Part shown: piece by piece, positions 35,167-45,139 of the stretch
Position numbering within the stretch: position 1 is the stretch's first letter
How the letters are laid out: each line of letters begins with the position of its first letter
Assembly: GCA_017440085.1 (NCBI GenBank)
Contig: JAFSHW010000038.1
Coordinates: forward strand, 8,245 to 72,244
Reading direction: 5' to 3'
Source of the DNA: Clostridia bacterium
Lineage (GTDB): Bacteria > Bacillota > Clostridia > Oscillospirales > UBA644
DNA: 64,000 nucleotides
Made by a program: the position numbers and the translations under genes
Notes under the pieces: generated by a model
The model's input: the letters and a program-made list of their open reading frames with translations, nothing else
What the model was told of the DNA's origin: nothing
The model's database searches: none

Positions 35167-36807
35167 ATGAAAAATTTCATTGCAATAGTTCTTATACTTG
35201 CGGCAATTACGGTGATTTTAACAGCGTGTGGCAGTAGCACAAATATTAAGCTACCAAAATTTGCAGACGAACGAGGCTATTATTATTTCCCAAAGCCGGA
35301 AGAACCTGATTTCCTCTATACAATAGACAGATGGCAGCTTTCCAACCACGAAAGAATTCTTCTTGCTTCTATGCAGGGAATTACTGCCAAAGATAAACCT
35401 TGCATTTACGTTATGGAAAACGAAAACTACAAGCTATGGCTTGATGAAATGGTTAAAAACAACGGCATAAAAACTCAAGAGGAAAACGACGTTTACGCCC
35501 TGCTTAAAAAGGTTTCCGATTCAATAAAAGGCTATATTCTCTATGATTTGGCAGATAACACTTCATTGAACGTGGCAACCTCTTTGGCAGGAATAAACAG
35601 AGCGATTCTCGTTGATTACCATATTGAAGATACTATCAAAGAAATGGGCTTCAAATGCATTATGGACGTAAGAGGCCTCGACGACCAATGGCTTTACGAT
35701 AATTACGCAGACAAATTCGGTCAAGGTGAAAATCTCCTTAACAACACCATTATTCTTGAGCAGAGAGCCCTTGAAAACGACGACAGAAACTTCCTGCTCC
35801 GAGACTATGCTATATTCTGCAATATGGCTTGCTTCTACCAGAGCGACTCCCCGCTGAAAGACGCTTTTCTTGATAAACTTGAAGATAACAGCATTATTTT
35901 AGGCTGGGGCGACGGCGACAAGGTTACGGAAAGTGACCTTGGTTCAAGCTCAGCACGCCAAGGAGTTATGCAGGTAGCAAGCGACTGGCAGGCAAACCTT
36001 TCAGTTCTTTCAGCCCTTAAACCCAAAGAAGAAATAATCAAGCAAAAAACAAACACAAACCCCGAAACTCTGGAAACAGAAAACGTTCACTACGTTACTT
36101 TTATCTGGACAGACGGTGATAATATTCAATGGACCTCCGGCAGCTTTGCCAAGCACAACTCATATTGGGCTTCTGAATCAAGGGGCGAATGCAATATGGG
36201 CTGGGGCATAAATAATATGCTTTACGAAGCAGCACCTTCCACTATGGAATATTTCTACGAAACTGCCGCAAATAACGAAAACGGAAAGGACTACTTCGTA
36301 GTAGGACCTCATTTCGGGTACTCCACAGAATTTAAAGATACTCTTACGTCCTGGACCATTGATTTAAACGAGCTTATGGGAAAAACGGATTTAAAATACG
36401 TTCAGGTTATTGAGCTTGACACAATGAACGTCTTCCCCGAAGCCTTTGACGAATACACGGAGCACGATAATATTCACGGCCTTTTTTACCTTGATTATGA
36501 AAAATATAATAAAGAAGAAGGCAAAATAGTTTGGTCCAACGGTAAGCCCGTAGTTTCCGCAAAATACGCAATTTGGGACCCAAACCAAATGGAAAATGCA
36601 ACCCCTGAAGATTGCCTTGAAAAGCTGAATAACGCACCCGTTGATATTACTTCAGCAGATGGCTACACCTTCGTTACCATTCACGCTTGGAGTGGCTACA
36701 CAATGGACGACATAAGCAATATGATCGCAAAGCTTGACGCCCACGTGAAGGTGGTAACTCCCGATGAGTTTATGCAGCAGATAATTAAAAACGTAAAACA
36801 CGATTAA
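35167..36807 (+). CDS. secreted lipoprotein, possibly a GxGYxYP-family putative glycoside hydrolase
   Basis: Lipobox ILTAC. LLASMQGITAKDKPCIYV and NVATSLAGINRAILVD resemble conserved N-terminal blocks of that family as I recall them. Confidence 0.4.
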   Translation: MKNFIAIVLILAAITVILTACGSSTNIKLPKFADERGYYYFPKPEEPDFLYTIDRWQLSNHERILLASMQGITAKDKPCIYVMENENYKLWLDEMVKNNGIKTQEENDVYALLKKVSDSIKGYILYDLADNTSLNVATSLAGINRAILVDYHIEDTIKEMGFKCIMDVRGLDDQWLYDNYADKFGQGENLLNNTIILEQRALENDDRNFLLRDYAIFCNMACFYQSDSPLKDAFLDKLEDNSIILGWGDGDKVTESDLGSSSARQGVMQVASDWQANLSVLSALKPKEEIIKQKTNTNPETLETENVHYVTFIWTDGDNIQWTSGSFAKHNSYWASESRGECNMGWGINNMLYEAAPSTMEYFYETAANNENGKDYFVVGPHFGYSTEFKDTLTSWTIDLNELMGKTDLKYVQVIELDTMNVFPEAFDEYTEHDNIHGLFYLDYEKYNKEEGKIVWSNGKPVVSAKYAIWDPNQMENATPEDCLEKLNNAPVDITSADGYTFVTIHAWSGYTMDDISNMIAKLDAHVKVVTPDEFMQQIIKNVKHD

Positions 36808-36810
36808 AAT

Positions 36811-36832
36811 AAGCCCCCTTGATTGGGGGCTT
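36811..36832 (+). terminator. rho-independent terminator
   Basis: Stem aagccccc / gggggctt with a 6-nt loop. Confidence 0.55.
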
Positions 36833-36871
36833 AAAAATTTCCGCAAAATTTATTTTTCAGCGCAAAAAGAC

Positions 36872-36900
36872 TTGACATTACCACCGCAATATGGTACAAT
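36872..36900 (+). promoter_or_regulatory. sigma-A type promoter
   Basis: TTGACA (36872-36877), 17 nt spacer, TACAAT (36895-36900). Confidence 0.55.
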
Positions 36901-36938
36901 TTAATAAAGTAAAATCATCGAAAAAGGATTGGTGAAAA

Positions 36939-38438
36939 ATGGCATTTGAAAATATTTTCCTTGAAGGGCTTCCCGATTACGAGGGCGGCGTTATCACAGA
37001 AGCAACGAAGGTAGGCCCCGGTCTGAGAGACGACAGAAAACCTGAAAAGTTGGAGCCTATTTTTAACGTAGGCGAAGAGTACACAGAAGATGAATTTAAG
37101 GAAAAGCTTAAAAATAACAGAGGTCATTGGGAAGTTTCCAAGATTGGGCTTTCCGGCCGACATTACCTTGGAAGAAGATGGGTAAGAGTTCGTTGGAACG
37201 AGGGCAAAATAACTGAGGTTGAATACCTTGACCCCGAACCAACTGAAAAAGAAGACAAGGCTTCCTGGATAAGAGTTGTCAAGGAAACTTCTGCGGAAGA
37301 ATTTAACGCTTACGTAAAGAAGCTTGTTGACCTTGGATTTGAAATCATTTACGAAAATCAGATTGAAAACAACCTTTTCCGCGAGCTTGTGAAAGGCGAA
37401 AAGCACGTTTACGCTTACTATATGGCGAATACGAAAACTGCACGAATCGTTGACGACAAAACAAGCATAAAATTGCCCGATTTCGGCTACGAATACGAAG
37501 CTAAGGAAGGCGAAAAAACGGAAATTTACCAGTACGGGCTTCGTTACGGCCATATGCAAAACGGACTTTCCTGCGACTGCGGTATGCTTTACATCGTAAA
37601 ATTGGCTGATAACTCACTTTTCATAGTTGACGGCGGAGAATACGAACAGAGCACGGACCAGGTTATTGAGCACGTTATGGACCTTTTCCATAAAATCACA
37701 AAAACTAAAAAAGGCGAAAAAATCCGCATTGCAGCGTATTACGTTACCCACGCCCACGACGACCATATGGATCTTTTCAGCAAGCTTATTAAGGTTTACC
37801 ACGAAGAACTTCAACTTGAAAGAGTTGTTTACAACTTCCCCTCTGATTGGCATTACCACCTTATGCCTCAGACTTACATTATGATCGACAGAATCTTGAA
37901 ATACTACCCTGACGTGAAGTATTTGCAGGCTCATACAGGGCAGAAATTCTCTCTTGCCAACACAGAATTTGAAGTCCTCCAGACCCTTGAAGACGGCTTG
38001 TTTGAACCCGGAATGAGGTGCGCAGAAAACAGATTCGGCGGCTTTAACGATACGTCTCTCGTTCTCAGACTCCATTTTGACGGCAAAAAATTCGACTTTT
38101 TGGGAGATATTGACGATGACGCGGAGCAGGTAATTCTTTCACATTACTCAAAAGAATACCTTAAAACCGATATGGTTCAGGTGGCACATCATTTGATAAA
38201 TAATTTGCAATATCTTTACGACGTATTGCAGCCCACCATAGCACTTATTCCCCAGCACTCAAACGATAGAACAAGGGAAAACCACCCTGCGATTAAACCG
38301 ATTAGACGCCACGTAAAAGAGGAAGATATTTATTTTGCTCACGATGGAACCGACGGCTTCAGAGTTGAAAACGGCGAAATAGTTCACTTCTTCCACACCG
38401 ATATGGTTGGCGGCGAATATGACGGCTCCGATACTTAA
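36939..38438 (+). CDS. MBL-fold metallo-hydrolase with an uncharacterised N-terminal domain of about 200 aa
   Basis: HxHxDH motif THAHDDHMD and a later VAHH motif. Confidence 0.6.
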   Translation: MAFENIFLEGLPDYEGGVITEATKVGPGLRDDRKPEKLEPIFNVGEEYTEDEFKEKLKNNRGHWEVSKIGLSGRHYLGRRWVRVRWNEGKITEVEYLDPEPTEKEDKASWIRVVKETSAEEFNAYVKKLVDLGFEIIYENQIENNLFRELVKGEKHVYAYYMANTKTARIVDDKTSIKLPDFGYEYEAKEGEKTEIYQYGLRYGHMQNGLSCDCGMLYIVKLADNSLFIVDGGEYEQSTDQVIEHVMDLFHKITKTKKGEKIRIAAYYVTHAHDDHMDLFSKLIKVYHEELQLERVVYNFPSDWHYHLMPQTYIMIDRILKYYPDVKYLQAHTGQKFSLANTEFEVLQTLEDGLFEPGMRCAENRFGGFNDTSLVLRLHFDGKKFDFLGDIDDDAEQVILSHYSKEYLKTDMVQVAHHLINNLQYLYDVLQPTIALIPQHSNDRTRENHPAIKPIRRHVKEEDIYFAHDGTDGFRVENGEIVHFFHTDMVGGEYDGSDT

Positions 38439-38455
38439 TTTAAGATAATTTTTAA

Positions 38456-38499
38456 GAGAAAACCTTTTTCTTTTCGTGTGGAAAGAAAAAGGTTTTCTC
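38456..38499. terminator. bidirectional terminator, 18-bp stem
   Basis: Arms gagaaaacctttttcttt and aaagaaaaaggttttctc, located between convergent genes. Confidence 0.65.
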
Positions 38500-38515
38500 C
38501 GTATTAAATATAATT

Positions 38516-39580
38516 TTACAGTTTTTTATCAACTGCGGTAATTCCGCTTCGCATAACGATAAAGCGAATAAACGGTGTGCAAAGCACAAAGGATTTGACC
38601 CTCTTAAAGCGAAGCTTCAGCTTCAAAAAGCGGATTTTTTTCTTATATTGAGGCAAAATATTTTCATCGGGAGTGAAAATTTTGCCTAACTCAAAGCCGC
38701 TTTTCAAGGCGCTGCTGATGCCTTCGAGAGAGCTGGGGCTGATAAGTCCTGCAGCCTCGCCGATTAAGTAAATTTTCTTATTTTTAGCACCCAAAAGGAA
38801 TTTCTGCTGATTTTTCCCGAAAACCACGTTGCAAGCTTCCGTTGCCAAAGGTTCGCCAAAAGTTACACCAATTTTTTTCAAAGCTTCTTTTTCAGTCTCG
38901 AATCTTTTGCGGGAATCTGCTTTAGGATAAGCTCCTCCAAGAGCAATTTTATCCCCCTTTGTGAAAATCCACGCATAAGAATCGGAAACGGAGTTATCAA
39001 AAATGCAGGAAAAGGCATTAAAATTCTCGTGGCCCTCGCATTCAGCGGCAAAAAACCACTGCTGAATGGCAATATACATATCTTTTCTGCCATTTTCACG
39101 GGAAAATGTTCTGCGAATTACAGAATTTGCACCATCACCACCGATAATACTTTTGCAAAGGAGAAACTTCTCCCCCATTTCATCAAAATATTTTACGCGG
39201 AAATTTTCCCCGTCTTTTTCAAAGCCGGTGCAGGTGCCGCAGTAGGAATCAAATTTCCCTTGCGTTACGGAAATGAGCCATCGGTCAAATTTTTCTCGGT
39301 CCACGTTTACGTAATTTCGCGGATAGTAGCGAGTGAATCCGCCGCGAAGATCAACGGTGCGAATTACCTTAATTTTCGGGGTCTCCTTCACGGTTTCGGG
39401 AACTTGAAGCCCCATTTTATCCAAGTATTTTACCGCTGTGGGCGACAAAAGCCCCCCGCAAACCTTGCGGGAAGCTTTTTTATTTAATAATGCAATTTTG
39501 TACGAATCGGAAACGCCGCAAAGGAACGCCGCGCTTGCAGGTCCTGCGCCAATTACGACGGCATCATAAATTTTTTCCAT
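38516..39580 (-). CDS. FAD-dependent oxidoreductase (geranylgeranyl-reductase-like)
   Basis: YDAVVIGAGPASAA dinucleotide-binding motif and GGDGANS. The start overlaps the purN stop by 17 nt. Confidence 0.65.
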   Translation of the reverse strand: MEKIYDAVVIGAGPASAAFLCGVSDSYKIALLNKKASRKVCGGLLSPTAVKYLDKMGLQVPETVKETPKIKVIRTVDLRGGFTRYYPRNYVNVDREKFDRWLISVTQGKFDSYCGTCTGFEKDGENFRVKYFDEMGEKFLLCKSIIGGDGANSVIRRTFSRENGRKDMYIAIQQWFFAAECEGHENFNAFSCIFDNSVSDSYAWIFTKGDKIALGGAYPKADSRKRFETEKEALKKIGVTFGEPLATEACNVVFGKNQQKFLLGAKNKKIYLIGEAAGLISPSSLEGISSALKSGFELGKIFTPDENILPQYKKKIRFLKLKLRFKRVKSFVLCTPFIRFIVMRSGITAVDKKL

Positions 39581-40178
39581 TCATTATTTCCTCGGAGACT
39601 TTTTCAACAGCCTGTGGAAGAATTATCCATTCGCAATTTTCCATAACTCTGCGCTGGAGAATTTCGGGCGTGTCGCCATCAAGGATTTCAACTGCTTTTT
39701 GGGCGATTATTCTGCCGCCGTCAACCACTTCGGAAACGAAATGTACGGTAGCGCCCGTGACTTTTACGCCGTATTCAAGAGCTTTTTCGTGAACGGTAAG
39801 TCCAAAAAAGCCTTCGCCGCAGAAAGAGGGAATAAGTGAGGGGTGAACGTTGATTATCCTTTCCGGATAAGCGGAAACAACCTCGTCTGAAAGAATTGTA
39901 AGGAAGCCTGCCAAAACGATGAGCTCCGTACCGTTTTCTTTAAGAACTTCAAGAAGTTCCCTGCCGTAACCAACGATATCTTTGCCGTATTTCGCCCTTG
40001 GAACTACAGCAGTAGCCACACCCGCCTTTTCAGCCCTTTCAAGAGCCTTCACATCGGGTTTATCGGATATTACCAATGAAATTTCACCGCTGTGGAGAAT
40101 GCCTGCCTGCTGGGCGTCAAGAAGCGCCTGAAGATTGGTTCCTCCTCCGGATACGAGAACAGTAATTTTCGTTTTCAT
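39564..40178 (-). CDS. purN: phosphoribosylglycinamide formyltransferase
   Basis: VLVSGGGTNLQAL and INVHPSLIPSF motifs. 204 aa. Confidence 0.9.
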   Translation of the reverse strand: MKTKITVLVSGGGTNLQALLDAQQAGILHSGEISLVISDKPDVKALERAEKAGVATAVVPRAKYGKDIVGYGRELLEVLKENGTELIVLAGFLTILSDEVVSAYPERIINVHPSLIPSFCGEGFFGLTVHEKALEYGVKVTGATVHFVSEVVDGGRIIAQKAVEILDGDTPEILQRRVMENCEWIILPQAVEKVSEEIMNGKNL

Positions 40179-41221
40179 TATTTTATGATAACTTCCTTGT
40201 CACCTTCTACAATTTCGCCGAGAAGGAATGCATTTTCTCCTACAGATTTAATAGCTTCGATAGCTTTGTCTGCATCTTCAGCCTTAACAACGCAAGCCAT
40301 ACCAACACCCATATTGAAAGTGTTAAACATATCTCTTTCGGGAATGTTGCCAACCTTCTGAAGCACGGAGAAGATTGCGGGTCTTTCGAAATCCTTCTTG
40401 CAAACAACAGAAGCACCGTCGGGAAGCATTCTGGGAAGGTTTTCGTAGAAGCCGCCGCCTGTGATATGGGAAATAGCCTTAACTTCAACAGCGGAAGTGA
40501 GAGCCGCAATAGCTTTTACGTAAATTTTAGTGGGAACGATGAGAGCTTCACCGAGAGTTGTGCCAAGCTCGTCGTATTTAGTCATAAGATTATCATAAGC
40601 GTTTTCGGAATTAAGGTCAAAAACCTTACGAACGAGGGAGAAGCCGTTGGAATGAACGCCTGAAGAAGAAATGCCGATAACAACGTCACCTTTTGCAACC
40701 TTTGAACCATCGATAACCTTTGCCTTATCAACCATACCAACTGTGAAGCCTGCAAGGTCATATTCATCTTCAGGGTAGAAGCCCGGCATTTCAGCAGTTT
40801 CGCCGCCGATAAGAGCCGCGCCTGCCTGACGGCAACCTTCAGCAACACCACTTACGATAGAAGCGATTTTTTCGGGAATAAGCTTGCCTGTTGCAATATA
40901 GTCAAGGAAGAAAAGGGGCTTTGCGCCGCAGCAAAGAACGTCATTAACACACATTGCAACGCAGTCGATACCAACTGTATCGTGTTTATCAAGAAGGAAC
41001 ACAAGCTTAAGCTTCGTACCAACGCCGTCAGTGCCGGAAACGAGAACGGGTTCGCTCATACCTGCCATATTGGGCATAAAGAGTCCGCCGAAACCGCCGA
41101 TGTCCTGGAGAACGCCTTCGTTATAAGTGCTTTTAACGTGCTGTTTCATCAATTCAACGCTTTTGTAACCGGCTGTAACGTCAACGCCGGCGCTTTTGTA
41201 GCTGTCGCTGTAACTTTTCAT
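40178..41221 (-). CDS. purM: phosphoribosylformylglycinamidine cyclo-ligase (AIR synthetase)
   Basis: SGTDGVGTKL, DCVAMCVNDV and HITGGGF motifs. Confidence 0.9.
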   Translation of the reverse strand: MKSYSDSYKSAGVDVTAGYKSVELMKQHVKSTYNEGVLQDIGGFGGLFMPNMAGMSEPVLVSGTDGVGTKLKLVFLLDKHDTVGIDCVAMCVNDVLCCGAKPLFFLDYIATGKLIPEKIASIVSGVAEGCRQAGAALIGGETAEMPGFYPEDEYDLAGFTVGMVDKAKVIDGSKVAKGDVVIGISSSGVHSNGFSLVRKVFDLNSENAYDNLMTKYDELGTTLGEALIVPTKIYVKAIAALTSAVEVKAISHITGGGFYENLPRMLPDGASVVCKKDFERPAIFSVLQKVGNIPERDMFNTFNMGVGMACVVKAEDADKAIEAIKSVGENAFLLGEIVEGDKEVIIK

Positions 41222-41234
41222 ATCCTGTATCTCC

Positions 41235-42665
41235 TCAATTTTCTTTTATTTTCTGTTGATATTTATTTTCTTCTTGGTTCGTGGGGATTTCCACGGGATA
41301 TTTGCCTGTGAAGCAACCTGCGCAAAGACCTAAATCGCAACCCTTTGCAATGTTGAACACGGAGTCAACGTCAAGGAAGCAAAGTGAATCTGCGCCAATC
41401 TGTTTGCAGATTTCTTCAACAGTATATTTGCAAGCAATCAGATTTTCTTTGGATTCAATATCTGTGCCGAAATAGCAGGGATTGATAAATGGCGGAGAAG
41501 AAATTCGCATATGAATTTCTTTAGCACCTGCTTCGCGGAGAAGCTTAATTGTGTTTGCAGTGGTGGTGCCTCTTACGATAGAGTCGTCAACCACAACTAC
41601 CCTCTTGCCCTCAACGGCAGATTTGAGAATATTCAACTTGATTTTAACGGAACGTTCCCTCTGAGCCTGAGTTGACTGAATAAAGGTTCTGCCTATATAT
41701 CTGTTTTTGATAAAGCCTACGCCGTAAGGAATTCCGCTTTCAAGAGCGTAACCCAAAGCAGCGTCAAGACCTGAGTCGGGAACACCGCAAACTATATCAG
41801 CGTCAACGGGATAAGCTTTTGCAAGATGTCTGCCTGCTTCCTGCCTTGCCAAGTGAACGGAGGCACCGTCTATGATTGAATCGGGTCTTGCTGTGTAAAT
41901 ATATTCAAAGCAACAAAGACCGCATTTTGATTTATCTATACTATCATCTTTGATTTCCGTAATGCCTTCGTTGGAAACGACGATGATCTCACCGGGTTCA
42001 ACGTCTCTTATAAATTCTGCACCGAGAGTATCGAATGCACAGCTTTCTGAAGCAAAAACCGTGCTTTCGCCAATCTTGCCCATACAAAGGGGTCTGATAG
42101 CGTGAGGGTCTCTTGCGGCAATAAGCTTGCTGGGGCTCATCAAAACGATGGAATAAGCACCCTTAAGCCTTTTCATAACGTTTTTCAAAGCAGCTTCAAT
42201 TGAACCGCTTCCGATTCTTTCTCTTGCAAGGAGATAGAGCATAATTTCCGCATCGTTGGAGGTTTGGAAAATAGCGCCTGTGCTTTCAAGTTCGCTTCTT
42301 AATTCTGAAGCGTTTACCAAAGTGCCGTTATACGCCAAAGCCAAAGTTCCTTTTATGTATTTTGAAACCAAGGGCTGTGCGTTTTCACGGTTTGCAGATT
42401 TTGAAGTAGCGTAGCGGCAATGACCTACGGCGATGTGTCCGCCCTCAAGGTGGTTCATCACCACGGGGTTGAACACGTCGGGAACAAGTCCCAAATCTTT
42501 ATAGGAAACGATTACGCCTTTATCGTTTACTGCGATACCGCAGCTTTCCTGACCTCTGTGCTGGAGTGCAAAAAGAGCAAGGTAGGTTTCCTCTGCAACC
42601 TTAATTTCAGGGTTCTTGGAAAAAATTCCAAAGACACCACATTCTTCGTGGATTTCGTCAAACAT
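41235..42665 (-). CDS. purF: amidophosphoribosyltransferase
   Basis: N-terminal nucleophile CGVFGI, PRTase motif VVVVDDSIVRGTT, and the Fe-S ligand region PPFINPCYFG. Confidence 0.9.
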   Translation of the reverse strand: MFDEIHEECGVFGIFSKNPEIKVAEETYLALFALQHRGQESCGIAVNDKGVIVSYKDLGLVPDVFNPVVMNHLEGGHIAVGHCRYATSKSANRENAQPLVSKYIKGTLALAYNGTLVNASELRSELESTGAIFQTSNDAEIMLYLLARERIGSGSIEAALKNVMKRLKGAYSIVLMSPSKLIAARDPHAIRPLCMGKIGESTVFASESCAFDTLGAEFIRDVEPGEIIVVSNEGITEIKDDSIDKSKCGLCCFEYIYTARPDSIIDGASVHLARQEAGRHLAKAYPVDADIVCGVPDSGLDAALGYALESGIPYGVGFIKNRYIGRTFIQSTQAQRERSVKIKLNILKSAVEGKRVVVVDDSIVRGTTTANTIKLLREAGAKEIHMRISSPPFINPCYFGTDIESKENLIACKYTVEEICKQIGADSLCFLDVDSVFNIAKGCDLGLCAGCFTGKYPVEIPTNQEENKYQQKIKEN

Positions 42666-42742
42666 TTATTTTAAGTCCCCATTCTACCGATTAACGGCAT
42701 AAAATTTAGTGGAATCCATATGGGGTTCCATATAAGCAAAAT

Positions 42743-43231
42743 TTAGATAAGATCGTTGATTTTGGAATCCTTTTCAAGGATTTCCTTTTCCATATCTTCT
42801 TTATATTTAGCAAGCTTTTGGCTGAGTTCCGGTTCGCTGAGAGCAAGCATCTGAACTGCAAGAAGTGCGGCGTTTGCGCTACCGTCAATAGCAACGGTGG
42901 CAACTGGAATACCCTTGGGCATCTGAACCGTGGAAAGAAGGCTGTCAAGCCCGTCCATAGTGGAGCTCTTTACCGGGATTCCGATAACGGGAAGAACTGT
43001 GTTCGCAGCCATTACACCTGCAAGGTGAGCAGCTTTTCCTGCAGCACAAATAAGGCAACCGAAACCGTTTGCAGCGGCGTTTTTAGCAAAAGCCTCAGAG
43101 GCTTTGGGAGTTCTGTGAGCAGAATAAATGTGAGCTTCAAACTCTACGCCGAATTTTCTAAGTATATCAAAAGCAGGTTTAATTACGGGCAAGTCACTAT
43201 CGCTACCCATTATAATTGCAACTTTTTTCAT
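42743..43231 (-). CDS. purE: 5-(carboxyamino)imidazole ribonucleotide mutase
   Basis: VAIIMGSDSDL and AHRTP motifs. ATG at 43231 is preceded by GGAAAGGA. The ORF track starts at 43285. Confidence 0.9.
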   Translation of the reverse strand: MKKVAIIMGSDSDLPVIKPAFDILRKFGVEFEAHIYSAHRTPKASEAFAKNAAANGFGCLICAAGKAAHLAGVMAANTVLPVIGIPVKSSTMDGLDSLLSTVQMPKGIPVATVAIDGSANAALLAVQMLALSEPELSQKLAKYKEDMEKEILEKDSKINDLI

Positions 43232-43330
43232 TTCTTTAGTCCTTTCCGTTTCGCACCGCAAAAGCGGTTTCTTTAAAAATCGCAAAGATGCTGCAGTCGG
43301 TAGTACGGCGCAACATCTTAACTACAATTT

Positions 43331-43359
43331 ATTATATAATATTCTACGAATCTTTTCAA
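43331..43359 (-). promoter_or_regulatory. sigma-A type promoter of the pur cluster
   Basis: On the minus strand: TTGAAA (43359-43354), 17 nt spacer, TATAAT (43336-43331). The leader of about 100 nt has the hairpin AAGATGTTGCG/TGCAGCATCTT (43285-43319) followed 4 nt later by a T-run. Confidence 0.55.
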
Positions 43360-43407
43360 TAGGTAAAGTGGTAAATTAACATTTTTTTCGCTTTTTACAT
43401 CTTTTCG

Positions 43408-44022
43408 TTACGTTCTGCGGCGAATTTCTGAGGAAATTTCTACAACTTCCGTTCTGCCGTACCATTGTTCTTCCAATGTTTGAGCTATGGCAGGGAACTT
43501 TTCCGCAGGCATTTCCACGTAAAGGGTAACCTTATCTGAAAAATCTCTGTCAAAAGGCTCCAATTCTTCCAAACGAAAAAGTCTTTCCATACTGCTGTGC
43601 AAATCGTAGCCGTAAGTGACGGAAATTGTTTTGTATTCGATGACGTCAGTCTTACCCGCTTCTTCAACAGCGCCTGCCGCACCCTTGGAGTAAGCGCGAA
43701 CCAATCCACCTGCCCCAAGAAGGATTCCTCCGAAATACCTGGTAACGGTGCAAACTACATCTGCAACTCCGTTGGTATCCAAAACGTGGAGAATCGGCAT
43801 TCCCGCAGTGCCTTGAGGTTCACCGTCGTCGGAAGCTCTTCTTTGAGTTCCGCCGCAAACGGAATACGCCCAACAAACGTGGGTTGCATCAGGGTGAGCG
43901 TTACGAACGGATTGAACCTTTTCCATAGCCTCGTCTACGGTTTTGGCGTAGAACACCTGACCGATAAAAACCGACTTCTTTTCCGTAAACTCAAATATTG
44001 AATCCTTTTTAACCGTAATCAT
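43408..44022 (-). CDS. yigZ: YigZ/IMPACT-family protein
   Basis: FEFTEKKSVFIGQV, HVCWAY and RYFGGILLGAGGLVRAY are hallmarks of UPF0029/YigZ. Confidence 0.8.
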   Translation of the reverse strand: MITVKKDSIFEFTEKKSVFIGQVFYAKTVDEAMEKVQSVRNAHPDATHVCWAYSVCGGTQRRASDDGEPQGTAGMPILHVLDTNGVADVVCTVTRYFGGILLGAGGLVRAYSKGAAGAVEEAGKTDVIEYKTISVTYGYDLHSSMERLFRLEELEPFDRDFSDKVTLYVEMPAEKFPAIAQTLEEQWYGRTEVVEISSEIRRRT

Positions 44023-44084
44023 AATTACTCCTATTTGGAAATATTGGAGGGTTCCGTGATGAACCCAAAGATTTTAAAACCACA

Positions 44085-44107
44085 GGTCGGCGGAAAAACC
44101 GCCGACC
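44085..44107 (-). terminator. rho-independent terminator ending the 12-kb ABC locus
   Basis: Stem ggtcggcgg / ccgccgacc with a 5-nt loop. A T-rich tract follows on the minus strand. Confidence 0.6.
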
Positions 44108-44132
44108 CATTGTTGTAAATTTATTACTAAAA

Positions 44133-45125
44133 TTAACCAACAAGACCGCTTCGTTCGATACCTTGCACGAAATATCTCTGTGCAAAAAGGAAAACGATAA
44201 GAAGAGGAGCGATCATCAGCAAAGAGCCTGTATCAAGAAGAGTCTGCTGCTGAAGAACATCTTCTACACCCTTAACAACGTTAAAGAGCGTATTTGAGAG
44301 AATCGTCATATTAGGCATAAGCATGCTGTTGTAGGTTGTATCCGTCCACTGCCAAGTGAAGGAGAAGAGGAATACTGTAATCATCATATTGAATGCGTTA
44401 GGAAGCATAATCAATACGAAAGTTTTGAAAGGACCTGCACCGTCAATATAAGCGGACTGCTCGAGTTCCTTAGGCATACCTCTGAAGAACTGTCTCATCA
44501 AGTAGATGTAAAGACCGTTTTTCAGACCAAGACCTGTAGCAGACATAATAGCCAAGGGCCAAAGTGTGTTAACAAGGTCAAGACCGCCGAAGAAGTATCT
44601 GAATGTGCTGTAAAGAGGAAGCATAATCGTCTGAGGTGGAATAATAAGAGACACGATAACGATTACGAAGAGAAGATTGCTGCCTTTGAATTTAAATCTT
44701 GCGAAACCGTAACCTGCAAGACAGCTTACGATAAGCTGGAAGATTGATACGACAAGCGACAACCAAATAGAGTTAATCAAAGCCGTCCAGTAATCCATAT
44801 TCATTACAGCTCTCTGAATGAAGTATGTTGAACCCTCACGAGGGAAAAACATAACCGTTTTGTCGGTAAGGTCGTTTGTAGACATAAAGGAAACGATGAT
44901 TTTAACCACGAAGGGGTAAAGAATCATAAAGCTGATACCGATGATGAGAACTGCTCTTACGATTGCCCAGCAAAATCTGCCGAAACCTGCAAGGGTAAGG
45001 TTCTTTCTCTTCCATCTATCCCAGTCAATTCCTTCAAATTTCTTAGGAGCTAATTTTTCAAGAAGCTTTTCAATAAAGTTTCTGTTATCTACGTGGACTT
45101 CGGACTCAAAATTTATCTGTTTCAT
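44133..45125 (-). CDS. carbohydrate ABC transporter permease (MalG-type), second pair
   Basis: 6-TM layout. EAA loop EQSAYIDGAGPFKTFVLIMLP. Confidence 0.8.
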   Translation of the reverse strand: MKQINFESEVHVDNRNFIEKLLEKLAPKKFEGIDWDRWKRKNLTLAGFGRFCWAIVRAVLIIGISFMILYPFVVKIIVSFMSTNDLTDKTVMFFPREGSTYFIQRAVMNMDYWTALINSIWLSLVVSIFQLIVSCLAGYGFARFKFKGSNLLFVIVIVSLIIPPQTIMLPLYSTFRYFFGGLDLVNTLWPLAIMSATGLGLKNGLYIYLMRQFFRGMPKELEQSAYIDGAGPFKTFVLIMLPNAFNMMITVFLFSFTWQWTDTTYNSMLMPNMTILSNTLFNVVKGVEDVLQQQTLLDTGSLLMIAPLLIVFLFAQRYFVQGIERSGLVG

Positions 45126-45139
45126 TTAAACTTTCCTCC

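Noticed and set aside
36915-37559. 214-aa minus-strand ORF
   Set aside because: It is antisense to the N-terminal half of the MBL hydrolase gene. It has Phe/Val-rich, shadow-ORF-like composition, with no promoter or RBS.
43232-43330. Possible purine or ZTP riboswitch in the purE leader, and the tRNA-like string gcagtcggtagtacggcgc
   Set aside because: I could not find the conserved riboswitch cores. The tRNA-like string has no acceptor stem, anticodon arm or T-loop around it. I kept it only as a generic attenuator-like hairpin.
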